Shown: piece by piece, positions 20,870 to 30,594 of the stretch
Layout: each line of letters opens with the position of its first letter
Numbering within the stretch: position 1 is the first letter of the stretch
Assembly: GCA_963837955.1 (NCBI GenBank)
Contig: CAWIPH010000002.1
Coordinates: 1,856,001 to 1,920,000 of the forward strand
Direction of reading: 5' to 3'
Source of the DNA: an uncultured Verrucomicrobiae bacterium
GTDB taxonomy: Bacteria > Verrucomicrobiota > Verrucomicrobiia > Chthoniobacterales > JAFAMB01
DNA length: 64,000 nucleotides
Position numbers and translations under genes: made by a program
Notes under the pieces: generated by a model
Database searches by the model: none
What the model saw: the letters and a program-made list of their open reading frames with translations, nothing else
What the model was told of the DNA's origin: nothing

Positions 20870-21167
20870 GCGTGTCTTATCTTAGGCTTGCGATCCAAAA
20901 ATGAATCGCCAACAGCCACGAAATTCACCTTTGCTTACCGTTCGGCTGAGCTCAGGTCGAAGCCTTTGCTAGCTTCTATTCAAAGAGAATCTCTGCGTTC
21001 TTTTTGTTCTCTTGCGGCTATCTCAGCGTTGCTTTGTGGGGCAGCCAACCCGATCGATTGATTTGGAAACGCCGCGAGAACCGAAGCGTGTCTTATCTCC
21101 GACTTGGCGATCCGAAATGAAGCGCCAGCAGCTACGAATTCCACCTTTGCTAGCTTCTGTTCAAAGA
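20870..21167 (+). repeat. Diverged ~80-bp direct repeat pair (20870-20986, 21086-21167); copy 1 carries a REP-like insert
   Basis: Shared GCGTGTCTTATCT...ATGAA.CGCCA.CAGC.ACGAA.T.CACCTTTGCT...AGCTTCT.TTCAAAGA; insert 20936-20962 flanked by CCTTTGCT duplication. Confidence 0.75.
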
Positions 21168-21199
21168 AAACTTCGTGTCAAGATTTCTACGCCCGATCG

Positions 21200-22117
21200 T
21201 CACGGCGCTGGGGGAGTCAATCCCGCATCGTCCGAAGCGCCCAAGGCGAGAGCGGACCAATCCAGATCAGCGCGGTTTTTTGCGAGTGCCGAAAGGAACC
21301 TGTTGCCGAGCAACGAACCAATCGGCATGGGAGTCTCACTTTCTTGGGCGACTTGTAAAACTAAGCGCACGTCCTTCCAACCTAGCCGGAGTCGAAAACC
21401 GGCTGGCTCATATTGATGCCGAGCCACAAGATCGCCATATCCCTTGTAAACAGGGCCGGAAAAGAGCGTTTCCGAAAGCAGTTCGGCGATTTTTAGCCGC
21501 GGAATTTCTTCTTTCTCCGCAAGAGTAAATGCCTCCGCCATCGTTTCGATCGCGGCAGCAATGTTGAAATTTACCACCAGCTTGGCAACGTTGGCTTGCC
21601 ACGGTTTTTCACCAAAGTCGAAGATTCGTTGCCCGAGATTTTTCAAGAGCGGCTCAACTATCTGCTTGGCATTGCTTTCGCCCGCCAGGAGAATGAACAA
21701 AGTTCCGGCGGCGGCGCGATCCGGACGGCCAATCACGGGTGCGGCCAGGTAAGCAACGCCTCCTTTAGCATGATGTTCAGCCAGGTCTCGTGCGGTTTGG
21801 GGGGCAATCGTGCTCATGGAGACGTGAATTCCGCCTCCAGCAAAACGATCCACGAAATCCGAATTGCTGCCCGCGATCGATTCGACTGCAGCGTCGTCTG
21901 CCAACATGGTGAAAACAATACCTCCAGGCTCGATCACGTCGCTGGGAGAGCTGACCGACTTCGCACCACCGGCTATCAATGGGTCAGCCTTGTGCGGTGT
22001 CCGATTGTATACTCGCAACTGGTACCCCGCCTTCAGGAGGTTAGCCGCGATGGGCAAACCCATATTGCCCAAGCCGATAAAACCGAGGGATACTGTTTTT
22101 TTCGACTGATCATTCAT
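21200..22117 (-). CDS. NAD(P)-dependent beta-hydroxyacid dehydrogenase (3-hydroxyisobutyrate DH/6PGD family)
   Basis: GFIGLGNMG, YNRT, AAPVIG, AKLVVN catalytic Lys. Confidence 0.93.
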   Translation of the reverse strand: MNDQSKKTVSLGFIGLGNMGLPIAANLLKAGYQLRVYNRTPHKADPLIAGGAKSVSSPSDVIEPGGIVFTMLADDAAVESIAGSNSDFVDRFAGGGIHVSMSTIAPQTARDLAEHHAKGGVAYLAAPVIGRPDRAAAGTLFILLAGESNAKQIVEPLLKNLGQRIFDFGEKPWQANVAKLVVNFNIAAAIETMAEAFTLAEKEEIPRLKIAELLSETLFSGPVYKGYGDLVARHQYEPAGFRLRLGWKDVRLVLQVAQESETPMPIGSLLGNRFLSALAKNRADLDWSALALGASDDAGLTPPAP

Positions 22118-22538
22118 AACATTTCTTTTTTAATACAGCCGGAGGGGCTCGGGATTTCTCCAGGGCGGGCTGGCCGGACGTCAACCGACAGTATACACGA
22201 AGACTAGGACCCTTCATTTCCATCAAACGGTCAACATAGGAGCACGACTAGTGTTGGGGTTGTGCTCGATCGATCGTCTAGGTTTCTCTAGCGAAAGTAA
22301 ACCCAGTCATTTTGATCGCCGGCAAAGGCGTTGGGCGAAAGAGTCAATGCGAGCCCCTGGCCGAAGGAATCATGTCTAAGGCGGAAGTTTGGGCTAAGCG
22401 CCCATCGCATTTACCAGGATTTGGTCGAGGAGAACGGCTTTATCCACTGTTGAATCACTCCTTGCCAAAATGTCTTCAACCAGTTTAAACGGAGAAAAGT
22501 GGCTGGTTTTCGACCCCCGACAGTTGATGGGGACCAAG

Positions 22539-23345
22539 ATGGAAACATACGACGACGATCTTAGAAAGTTCGAAGCAGACGGCGCTCCGGCGTTGCCGGT
22601 CGCTAATGATCAGGGCTACGTGGGACACGACGGCGCCCAGATCTGGTACGCTACCTACGGGTCCGGCTTGCCCGTGATCATGTTGCATGGCGGTCTTGGC
22701 CATAGCGGCAATTGGGGCTATCAGCTCCCAGCGCTGATCAAGTCTGGCTATCGCGCCATTCTCATTGATAGCCGCGGCCACGGACGCAGCACGCGGGACT
22801 CGCGGCCATTTATGTATGAGCTGATGGCATCCGACGTTTTAGCCGTGATGGATGCATTGCACCTGGAAAAAGCCGCCGTTGTGGGCTGGAGCGACGGCGC
22901 ATGCTCAGCCTTAATCCTCGGCAGGCAAGCTCCCGCCCGCGTTGCCGGCGTATTTTTCTTTGCGTGCAACATGGATCCCAGCGGCGTTATGGAGATTAAG
23001 CCCAATCCGGTTCTCGACCGGTGTTTCGGACGGCACTCCAAGGATTACGCCCGGTTATCGGCCACGCCCGACCAATTCAAGCCATTTGTCGAAGCGGTCA
23101 GCCTGATGATGAAGACCCAACCCAATTATTCGGCAAACGATCTTGCTGAAATCCGGGTGCGGGTCACGATCGCCCAAAGCGAACACGCCGAATTCATCAA
23201 GCGTGAACACGCCGAATATCTGGCTCGGAGCATTCCTGGCGCGGAATTGATGGTTCTTCCCGGCGTGACACATTTCGCGCCGCTGCAAAGGCCGGATCAG
23301 TTCAATAACGCTATGCTTGGCTTCCTCGCCGGAGTTCTCAATTGA
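22539..23345 (+). CDS. Alpha/beta hydrolase
   Basis: LHGGLG, DSRGHGRS, GWSDG nucleophile, THFAP; start uncertain. Confidence 0.92.
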   Translation: METYDDDLRKFEADGAPALPVANDQGYVGHDGAQIWYATYGSGLPVIMLHGGLGHSGNWGYQLPALIKSGYRAILIDSRGHGRSTRDSRPFMYELMASDVLAVMDALHLEKAAVVGWSDGACSALILGRQAPARVAGVFFFACNMDPSGVMEIKPNPVLDRCFGRHSKDYARLSATPDQFKPFVEAVSLMMKTQPNYSANDLAEIRVRVTIAQSEHAEFIKREHAEYLARSIPGAELMVLPGVTHFAPLQRPDQFNNAMLGFLAGVLN

Positions 23346-23543
23346 GCAAGATTTTGTATAAGATATAAGGGAGGTGTCTTAACTTTGGACGTTTTCCCGC
23401 GCCGCTGGCGGGTGGCGGCGGTCGAGAGAGAGTGGGATTAGCTATCGTAAGAACTCAGAAGGCAGCGTGGTAACAATGCCGAGGCGATCGCAAGCTGGTT
23501 GGCCCGGTGCTTATTGGGCGCCGGGCTCACGGATAGTCATCTG

Positions 23544-24104
23544 CTACAGCCGCGTGAACAGGAGGGCGATGTAGAGGAAGAACAGGAAAACGATAACGGG
23601 TGCCATTAGCTTGTGAAACCACTCTTGCCGCGTGATCGCGGCCACAATAGCTGCAAGGCCGAAAAACACGTGAAACCCGGCGTTGATGCCGCCGAGCATA
23701 TGCCCTTCGAGAGCGAATTCCTTCGCCGCACTAAAGACGATGCTGGCAAACAAGGCACCGAAGAACCAGCTCTTATGCGCGAAGTAGTGCTCCCGCAGAT
23801 CGACGACGGTATCCCCGGAGATATCCGGTAGGACCAGCGCCGCGACCATGTATACGCTTATCGCTTGAAGCACGATGACGAGGAGGCCCACAAAAGTCCA
23901 ATTTGCATGCGTGCGCATCCCGAAACTCGCCCACCACCCCTGAATAGCGATAAGGAGCGTGAGACCAGCCCAGAGCAAGGTCGGGAAGTACAACTTCACC
24001 TTCGCTCTGGTCAGAATGAGCCCGCGCAAGCCCAGCAGGACTTGGGTTATAGCCAGCCCGAGGATGATCGAGAGGAGGACCGAGAGGTAGTTAAAGGAGT
24101 CCAC
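23544..24104 (-). CDS. Conserved hypothetical membrane protein (about 6 TM)
   Basis: FNYLSVLLSIILGLAITQVL, DLREHYF; alternating hydrophobic helices. Confidence 0.85.
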   Translation of the reverse strand: MDSFNYLSVLLSIILGLAITQVLLGLRGLILTRAKVKLYFPTLLWAGLTLLIAIQGWWASFGMRTHANWTFVGLLVIVLQAISVYMVAALVLPDISGDTVVDLREHYFAHKSWFFGALFASIVFSAAKEFALEGHMLGGINAGFHVFFGLAAIVAAITRQEWFHKLMAPVIVFLFFLYIALLFTRL

Positions 24105-24417
24105 GGCATTGAGCTTAACTAATTGGGTTTTAAGATTTTGGCTTAATCATAATGCTCCACGCTGTGATTGTCGGTCAGTTTGTCGCTGCGATTTTGAAAC
24201 GGATGGATCGGGATCTACTTCCCACCTGTTCGGACCGGACGACTCGTAGCAGGCGCCTAAGAAAAAATTTCGCTGCTGCCGCAGGGATGCTCATAGGTGA
24301 GCAGGGAATTCGACCGGACGGCGCTCCTCAAATCCTTCTGCTGGCTATGGAGTTCTTCTCGACGATGTCCGATGCTTTAGGTAACAACGTTAACCGTGCA
24401 CGTTGGGTGCGACGGTA

Positions 24418-25137
24418 ATGGTTGGAACGGTAAACTGGACGACGAAAAACAGCGTTAAGACCGCAAAGCTAGTGCTGGCAGCTTGCGGTTTATTCGCGGA
24501 GGTCGCTGCCATTGAAACGAGGGCAGCCACCGAATTACCTGGTATCACTGTTACAGCCACCGTCACGCCTCCAGGTGATATTGTAAGCAGGGACCGCGAC
24601 CAGCGGTCGCCAGATATTAACTGGCCCACGGCCTTGTCTCTCAAATGGTCAGAAGTGTTTGCGCATAACGAAATTGAGATCAATGCGCCGTGCGCCACGG
24701 TATGGAATCACCTCGTCCAAGCCCAACTGTGGCCGCAATGGTGCTCATTTGCTGGCAAGGTCAAAATTAAGGGTGGTTCACAGATACTGCAAAAGAACAC
24801 CTTGTTCAGATGGGGTGGGTTAGACCTGCCCCAGGACGAGATAGCAATATTTCAACACTCGCCCGAGCCACTGGATAGCAAAGTGATTGAATACGTTCCC
24901 GAGCGTCGCATCGGTTGGTACAGTGTTGGGACTCCCACTAGTCTTGGGCCCCTCTGTGCTACATACCATACTTGGCTCCTTACCCCGGTCGGTGCTAAAA
25001 AGTGCCGCGTAACTTTCGAAGAAGTCGCGACAGGCCGGGCGGCGCGATATGCACGAGGAGCCTATCCCGAAGTAGTTCATCTCAGCCATAAACGATGGCT
25101 GGAACAGTTGAAAAGGGTCTCAGAAGCTCATCACTGA
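24418..25137 (+). CDS. SRPBCC/START-like (polyketide cyclase) domain protein, possibly exported
   Basis: HNEIEINAPCATVWNHLVQAQLWPQW, YHTWLL, HKRWLEQLK. Confidence 0.82.
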   Translation: MVGTVNWTTKNSVKTAKLVLAACGLFAEVAAIETRAATELPGITVTATVTPPGDIVSRDRDQRSPDINWPTALSLKWSEVFAHNEIEINAPCATVWNHLVQAQLWPQWCSFAGKVKIKGGSQILQKNTLFRWGGLDLPQDEIAIFQHSPEPLDSKVIEYVPERRIGWYSVGTPTSLGPLCATYHTWLLTPVGAKKCRVTFEEVATGRAARYARGAYPEVVHLSHKRWLEQLKRVSEAHH

Positions 25138-25517
25138 AAAAGCTCCCGCTTTAGCCGCTCTTGTCGTAGCCTGATGCTCCAAGCCTCAGGAAACCTGGGC
25201 GCCATGTCCTAAAGGAGATGCGGTGGTGGTTTCAGTCGCAGAATTCGAATAACCTCCTGCACTGCTTGGGGATTCCTAAAAACGTCATGTCCGCAGCGCA
25301 CAATCACTTCGGACTGCGCTCCGTCGAGGTGGCTGCTCCAATATGGGATCACTCCATCCGGTCCTCGTTCCTTCGGTGATTTGGCCGGTTGACTGTTCCT
25401 ATCGGGCTCGGCCCAAAATTTGCTGCCTTCTTCCCAGTGTCGGTGATTACTGATTGCTAATCAGTTATGACATGTCTGCTTTAGTTTGAATATCGATTGT
25501 TGGGGAGTGAAGGGAAT

Positions 25518-25994
25518 ATGAAATATTTTTTAATTCTGTTGTTAGGGGCTACGTGTGCGCGCGCCGAGGTGAGATATAATCTGGATAATCTGACTGATAC
25601 CGAAAAGCATATCCGTCCGTTTATCAATGATGTTTTCCAGACATATTGCTACGGTTTGGATGCGCAACGGACTCAAATTTGCCCCTATCTGGTTAAATAT
25701 TGGACCTATTTAAGAGCCTTCGATACGCGGCCATACGATTTTTGCATCAGTTACATTCGTATCGTTAAAACGCTGGCAGCATCGGCTTATGTAGAAATTG
25801 ACGGCTATCTGCAGGTCGGAGATTTCAGTAATGATCATGCCAGCACGGGTATGATCCAAACGTCTTGGAATATAGTTTTGGATGATATCTGGTCAGATAG
25901 ACCAGTGTTGCGGACGATGAGAGAAACCGGTCTTTGTGACTTACGCAATCAATTGGCCGAGGAGAATGACCCGAAGCTTAAAGCGGTTCCATAA
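25518..25994 (+). CDS. Hypothetical secreted protein
   Basis: MKYFLILLLGATCARA-E signal peptide; purine-rich RBS; AT-richer than neighbours. Confidence 0.65.
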   Translation: MKYFLILLLGATCARAEVRYNLDNLTDTEKHIRPFINDVFQTYCYGLDAQRTQICPYLVKYWTYLRAFDTRPYDFCISYIRIVKTLAASAYVEIDGYLQVGDFSNDHASTGMIQTSWNIVLDDIWSDRPVLRTMRETGLCDLRNQLAEENDPKLKAVP

Positions 25995-26121
25995 CTGAGC
26001 CGCGCGTACAGGAGGACGTGATTCCTGTTCCAGCTTGACCCATCTTCCTGCGAGGACCTACACCAAGGTACAATAGATCTTTTGTCTGAGCGGCCCTAGG
26101 GGGCTGATAGCCGTATGCAAA

Positions 26122-26388
26122 TCAGTGTTGGACCGAAGAACTAGGCAACGGTCTTGGTTGCCTACCGCCGCTAGGTTGTCGGAATACTCCGGCGACCGGC
26201 CGCAGTGTGGATAAGAGCCCGTCGACTACGGCAAAGAAATACCAGTCGAAGACAAGCAGGCCGACCGCCAGCATCCCAGCGCCAGCCACAATCGAGCGAA
26301 GCCAATTGGGCCGTTTTCTTTTTTCGCTAACCTGGAGTCTGTTCGGCTGATCGACGCTCGACGTTACCCAAAGGTTTTGGTCTGCCAC
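26122..26388 (-). CDS. Small hypothetical single-pass membrane protein
   Basis: Basic patch KRKRP followed by one hydrophobic helix. Confidence 0.45.
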   Translation of the reverse strand: MADQNLWVTSSVDQPNRLQVSEKRKRPNWLRSIVAGAGMLAVGLLVFDWYFFAVVDGLLSTLRPVAGVFRQPSGGRQPRPLPSSSVQH

Positions 26389-26763
26389 ACGGTTAATAGA
26401 GAATGGCGGTAACTGAAGACTAAATGATTCTGGACGGACGGGGAAAAAGCCGGACGAGTGGCCGGAATGAGGAATCGAGCGCGGTGTTCGCGGGGCCGTG
26501 TGGCGGCGCGAGTGAACGTTGAAATGACGAAAAAGTGGTCACCTCGTTGACGCCGGGTTGGGGACACCTCAAGAGAAAGGGAAAATTACGTATGCTGAAG
26601 AGCGTTCTGGCAACCTTTGCCATCGATTTCAAGCGGCCGCTGGATTACTTGAATCTTTAGGCGCGACCGCTCCCCAGGACCCTTTGGGTTTCGTTACGGT
26701 AATACAGAATACTCCTTTGAGCGATAGCGGAGGACGGCGCGATTAGTAGATTCTCAATAAATT

Positions 26764-26853
26764 ATGGAAACGCCCGTAGCTCAAGCCGAATCTTGGCCAC
26801 AGGTCGTCATCGTGGGAGGAGGCTTTGGCGTTGTTAGGGCAGCAAAAGCACTC
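26764..26853 (+). pseudogene. 5' remnant of a type II NADH dehydrogenase-like FAD oxidoreductase, in frame with cydA
   Basis: METPVAQAESWPQVVIVGGGFGVVRAAKAL is an Ndh-type FAD fingerprint with the third Gly lost; similarity stops after about 30 aa. Confidence 0.6.
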
Positions 26854-26958
26854 ATTGGAACAATCGCATTTTCGACTACTGCGAGTCAAAGGATGGCTGA
26901 TTACCCGAATAGTTCTCAGCAGAGTCAAAGTAGAAAAATCATCACGGAACGAGGCATC

Positions 26959-28287
26959 TTGAACGACTTCTTTTTTGCTCGTTCGCAGATGGGAATGTCG
27001 CTGGCGTTCCACATCATCTTTGCTGTCATCGGAATGGCGATGCCTCTGTTAATGGCAGTCTCCGAAGGTTGCTACTTGTGGACAAAAAAGCCCATTTTTC
27101 TTGAATTGAGTAAGCGATGGGCGGCGGGGACGACGATTCTGTTCGCCGTGGGAGCGGTCTCCGGTACGGTCCTTTCGTTTGAGTTGGGATTGCTCTGGCC
27201 GAAGTTTATGGAATATGCCGGCGGGATCATTGGTATGCCCTTCTCTCTAGAGGGCTTCGCCTTCTTCACCGAAGCGATCTTCCTGGGAATCTACCTTTAT
27301 GGTTGGAACCGGATTCCTCCGGTGCTGCATTGGCTGGCTGGAATTGTGGTGGCTGTGAGCGGCGTTCTATCCGCCGTTTTCGTCGTGTTAGCAAACGCCT
27401 GGATGAATGCGCCGGCTGGATTTGACGTTGTCAACGGCCAACCGGTCAACATCAATCCAATCGCGGCAATGCTGAATCCGGCTTCGCTTCACGAAACCAT
27501 CCACATGGTGCTCGCCGCTTACGTAGCTACCGGATTTTTGGTCGCCGGAATCCACGCGTTTTTCCTCCTCCGCGATCCAAAAAGCGCCTTTCACCGCGCC
27601 TCCTGTAGCATTGCGCTGGTCGTTGCCTGCATCTCGATCCCTCTGCAGATGGTGAGCGGAGATTTTGCAGCGGAGGAAGTTGCCAAGCTCCAGCCAACTA
27701 AACTCGCAGCGATGGAAGCGCATTATCAAACGAGCAAGGCCGCTCCTCTGGTGATTGGCGGAATTCCAAATGACGCTACCGGGACAGTAAATTACGGGCT
27801 GCAGATCCCGTTTGGGTTGAGCTTGCTCGTTGGTCATAATCCAGAGACTGAAGTGGTCGGCCTGGAGCACTTCCCGCGCGATCAGTGGCCAAACGTCCGG
27901 CTGGTGCACTGGTCCTTCGACATCATGGTTGGGAGCGGATCGGTCATGCTGGCCATGGCAATCTGGGTCGCTTGGGTCTGGTGGCGGACTCACCGGTTGC
28001 CAGACAACAAGTGGCTGCTGCGCGCGCTGGTTTGTTGTGCGCCGCTCGGCTTCATTGCAGTAGAAACCGGCTGGTTCGTGACCGAACTCGGGCGACAACC
28101 CTGGATCATCTACGGGTTTATGCGCACACGCGATGCGGTGACTCCGATGCCCGGACTGGTCGTACCATTTACTACGTTCACGAGCGTTTATCTGCTGCTC
28201 GCCGTCATCGTCATCTTTTTGCTCCGGCGTCAATTCATGGAAACCCACCCACGGCCGATCAAAGAGGAGGTTGTTAGCGATGCTTGA
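26959..28287 (+). CDS. cydA: Cytochrome bd ubiquinol oxidase subunit I
   Basis: ARSQMGMSLAFHIIF, FELGLLWP, QPTKLAAME, FDIMVG, ELGRQPW; TTG 26959 with GAGG RBS. Confidence 0.95.
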   Translation: MNDFFFARSQMGMSLAFHIIFAVIGMAMPLLMAVSEGCYLWTKKPIFLELSKRWAAGTTILFAVGAVSGTVLSFELGLLWPKFMEYAGGIIGMPFSLEGFAFFTEAIFLGIYLYGWNRIPPVLHWLAGIVVAVSGVLSAVFVVLANAWMNAPAGFDVVNGQPVNINPIAAMLNPASLHETIHMVLAAYVATGFLVAGIHAFFLLRDPKSAFHRASCSIALVVACISIPLQMVSGDFAAEEVAKLQPTKLAAMEAHYQTSKAAPLVIGGIPNDATGTVNYGLQIPFGLSLLVGHNPETEVVGLEHFPRDQWPNVRLVHWSFDIMVGSGSVMLAMAIWVAWVWWRTHRLPDNKWLLRALVCCAPLGFIAVETGWFVTELGRQPWIIYGFMRTRDAVTPMPGLVVPFTTFTSVYLLLAVIVIFLLRRQFMETHPRPIKEEVVSDA

Positions 28288-29278
28288 AATCCTCCTAGCG
28301 ATAGCCATCCTGGTTTCGCTCATCCTTTATGCGCTGATGGGCGGCGCCGATTATGGCGGTGGGATGTGGGATTTACTTGCCTCTGGCCCAAGGGCCGATC
28401 AGCAGCGACACGTTATTGTTGAGGCAATCGCTCCCATCTGGGAGGCAAATCATGTCTGGCTAGTTCTGGTCATTGTTCTGCTCTTCACGGGATTTCCGCG
28501 CGCATTTTCGACCATGATGATTGCGCTCCATATTCCGATTACCGCCATGCTGGTCGGCATCGTTCTTCGCGGCTCGGCGTTTGTATTCCGCAAATATGAT
28601 TCCACAGACGATGCCGTTCAGCGGCGATGGAGCACCGTCTTTGGCATTGCGAGTTTCTTTACGCCCTTTTTTCAAGGATTAACGTTGGGCGCGTTGACCA
28701 CCGGCGACATTCGTTTGGTTGGAGATCGCGTGACAACAGGCTTCTTCGCGGGCTGGCTTACGCCGTTCGCTTTGACCTGTGGGTTATTCGCCCTCGCGCT
28801 GTTTGCATTCCTGGCGGCAACCTATATGACAGTCGAGACGCGGTCCGAACCAGATCTCCAGAACGACTTCCGCCTCCGGGCGATCTGGGCGGAAGCAGCG
28901 TTGATTCCGCTGGCAATCATCGTCCTTATTACCTCAAAGAATGGTGCCCCCTTGATGTATCGTGGTCTGACCGATTGGTGGGCGCCCCTCCTGCTCGGAT
29001 GGACAGTTCTGAGCGCATTGACCACAACCCTGGCGCTCTGGTCTGGTAGATTTTATCTGGCCCGAATCGCGGCGGTCGCGCAAGTGACATTTATTCTGGC
29101 AGGCTGGGCTTTAGGACAATTTCCGCACTTGGTTGCCCCGGATGTCACTGTTCAGAACGCCGCTGCACCGGAGTCGACGCTAAAACCGTTGCTGCTGGCT
29201 CTCGGAGCAGGCGCAGTGGTTCTGTTGCCGTCGCTCCTTTATCTTTTTCAAATCTTCAAACGCCAAGAAGAGCGTTGA
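28280..29278 (+). CDS. cydB: Cytochrome bd ubiquinol oxidase subunit II
   Basis: GGADYGGG, IAPIWEANHVWL, LRGSAFVFR; GAGGAGG RBS; overlaps cydA stop. Confidence 0.95.
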   Translation: MLEILLAIAILVSLILYALMGGADYGGGMWDLLASGPRADQQRHVIVEAIAPIWEANHVWLVLVIVLLFTGFPRAFSTMMIALHIPITAMLVGIVLRGSAFVFRKYDSTDDAVQRRWSTVFGIASFFTPFFQGLTLGALTTGDIRLVGDRVTTGFFAGWLTPFALTCGLFALALFAFLAATYMTVETRSEPDLQNDFRLRAIWAEAALIPLAIIVLITSKNGAPLMYRGLTDWWAPLLLGWTVLSALTTTLALWSGRFYLARIAAVAQVTFILAGWALGQFPHLVAPDVTVQNAAAPESTLKPLLLALGAGAVVLLPSLLYLFQIFKRQEER

Positions 29279-29394
29279 CGCTCAATTGGTTCAAATGAGT
29301 TCCGCATTAATCGTCACAACTGTCATTGGGCTGCGTTACTTTCGCGCATGGAACGCCGGACGCCTTTCAGTTGAATGCAAGAAGTCGCTTGAAT

Positions 29395-30087
29395 ATGAAT
29401 GAGAGCAGCGGGGGAGGTACCGCCTTCGGGATCTCAATCGGGCTCGCTTTTGTAGGTGGTTATGCTGATGCATCGAGTTATTTGCTTGCTCGCACATTCA
29501 CAGGACACCTTACGGGGAACTGTGTTCTTGCCGCCGTAAGTGCGGCTAGCAAAGATTGGTATCTAACTTTGGACCGGCTCTTGGCAGTGATTGTTTTTCT
29601 CGGGGGGATTCTCTTGAGTTCAATACTGAATCGCTTCGTCCCTGTCCGGCTACGGCAATCTTCGCTCGCGATCGCCATGTTCATAGAGGTTCTACTTTTC
29701 CTGAGTGCTTCTCTGTTCTTAAGCAACAGGGTGAACGAGGAGCTGTTCATTGTGTGCATGTGTCTTGCCCTCGGTATTCAAAACGGTGCGCTCCATAAGA
29801 CAAGCGGGATCACCGTCCACTCCACCTACATGACTGGGATGGTTACCACGCTGATGCAGAAAAGCTTCGACCGTTTTTCCGCAAAGCGGAGTCCTGAGGA
29901 AGATTCCTCAAGAGACTCGGCTCGGCTCACCATCCGAGTTCTGGCACCGATGTGGATAAGTTTTATTTTTGGTGCTGTTACGGGCGCCATGATTGTTTCA
30001 GCCGTCCACGGCATTGGTCTGTTGGGAATCGTGTTACCGCTAATCCTGTTAATATTCGTCGAAATGAAGACGAAATCTTCAGGCTAG
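29395..30087 (+). CDS. YoaK / DUF1275 family membrane protein
   Basis: AFVGGYADA, FTGHLTGN, ALGIQNG, STYMTG. Confidence 0.9.
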   Translation: MNESSGGGTAFGISIGLAFVGGYADASSYLLARTFTGHLTGNCVLAAVSAASKDWYLTLDRLLAVIVFLGGILLSSILNRFVPVRLRQSSLAIAMFIEVLLFLSASLFLSNRVNEELFIVCMCLALGIQNGALHKTSGITVHSTYMTGMVTTLMQKSFDRFSAKRSPEEDSSRDSARLTIRVLAPMWISFIFGAVTGAMIVSAVHGIGLLGIVLPLILLIFVEMKTKSSG

Positions 30088-30423
30088 AATTCACATCTGT
30101 CGTAATTTGGGCGATGGGTTAACGTCATAATACATCCCCCCTTGACCGAGGCACTGGAAGCTGAATCGGCGTCGGTGCTCCTCGCAACGCTGTCGCTGGT
30201 AGTGACTGTGCCGATCATCATCGCCAACTTCAGCCCATCAAAATTTTCCCGATCTCGAACGTGGACAACGCGTTGACCCGGCGCTTGATGGGCCTATGAT
30301 CCTACTCCAGGCGTTATTGAGGTACGGCCCCGGTCGGTGCCGACGGTCTTCCCCCAGAGTGCCAAGGTTATAATGCCTGGGCGCAAACGCAGTTAATGCG
30401 AGCCAGCCAACCGAAAGCCTATC

Positions 30424-30594
30424 ATGATCGAGCTTTCAAGATACGTGTTTGAAACGCTGCGTGAGGACGAGGAATTCGCATTTTGCCGGGGCCGGAAGGA
30501 TGACAGCGAACTACCCACTATTCTTTTGGTAGCTCCTGTCTCGAAGCATCCCGTTCCAGCAATCTTAGAGCGGCTTAGATTGGGGGCCGAATGA
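30424..30594 (+). pseudogene. N-terminal remnant (56 aa) of a Ser/Thr-kinase/AAA/His-kinase multisensor
   Basis: MIELSRYVFETLREDEEFAFCRGRKDDSELPTILLVAPVSKHPVPAILERL resembles the start of such proteins; stop overlaps the next ATG. Confidence 0.55.

Noticed and set aside
20232..20885. Short ORFs downstream of the nitrate reductase
   Set aside because: No recognisable domains; looks like decayed intergenic DNA
22189..22200. AGTATACAC as a seventh GntR operator
   Set aside because: Only the core matches and it lies 20 kb from the island
30154..30276. Possible AEC transporter C-terminal remnant (EAESASVLLATLSLVVTVP)
   Set aside because: Single hydrophobic stretch; similarity too weak without a search
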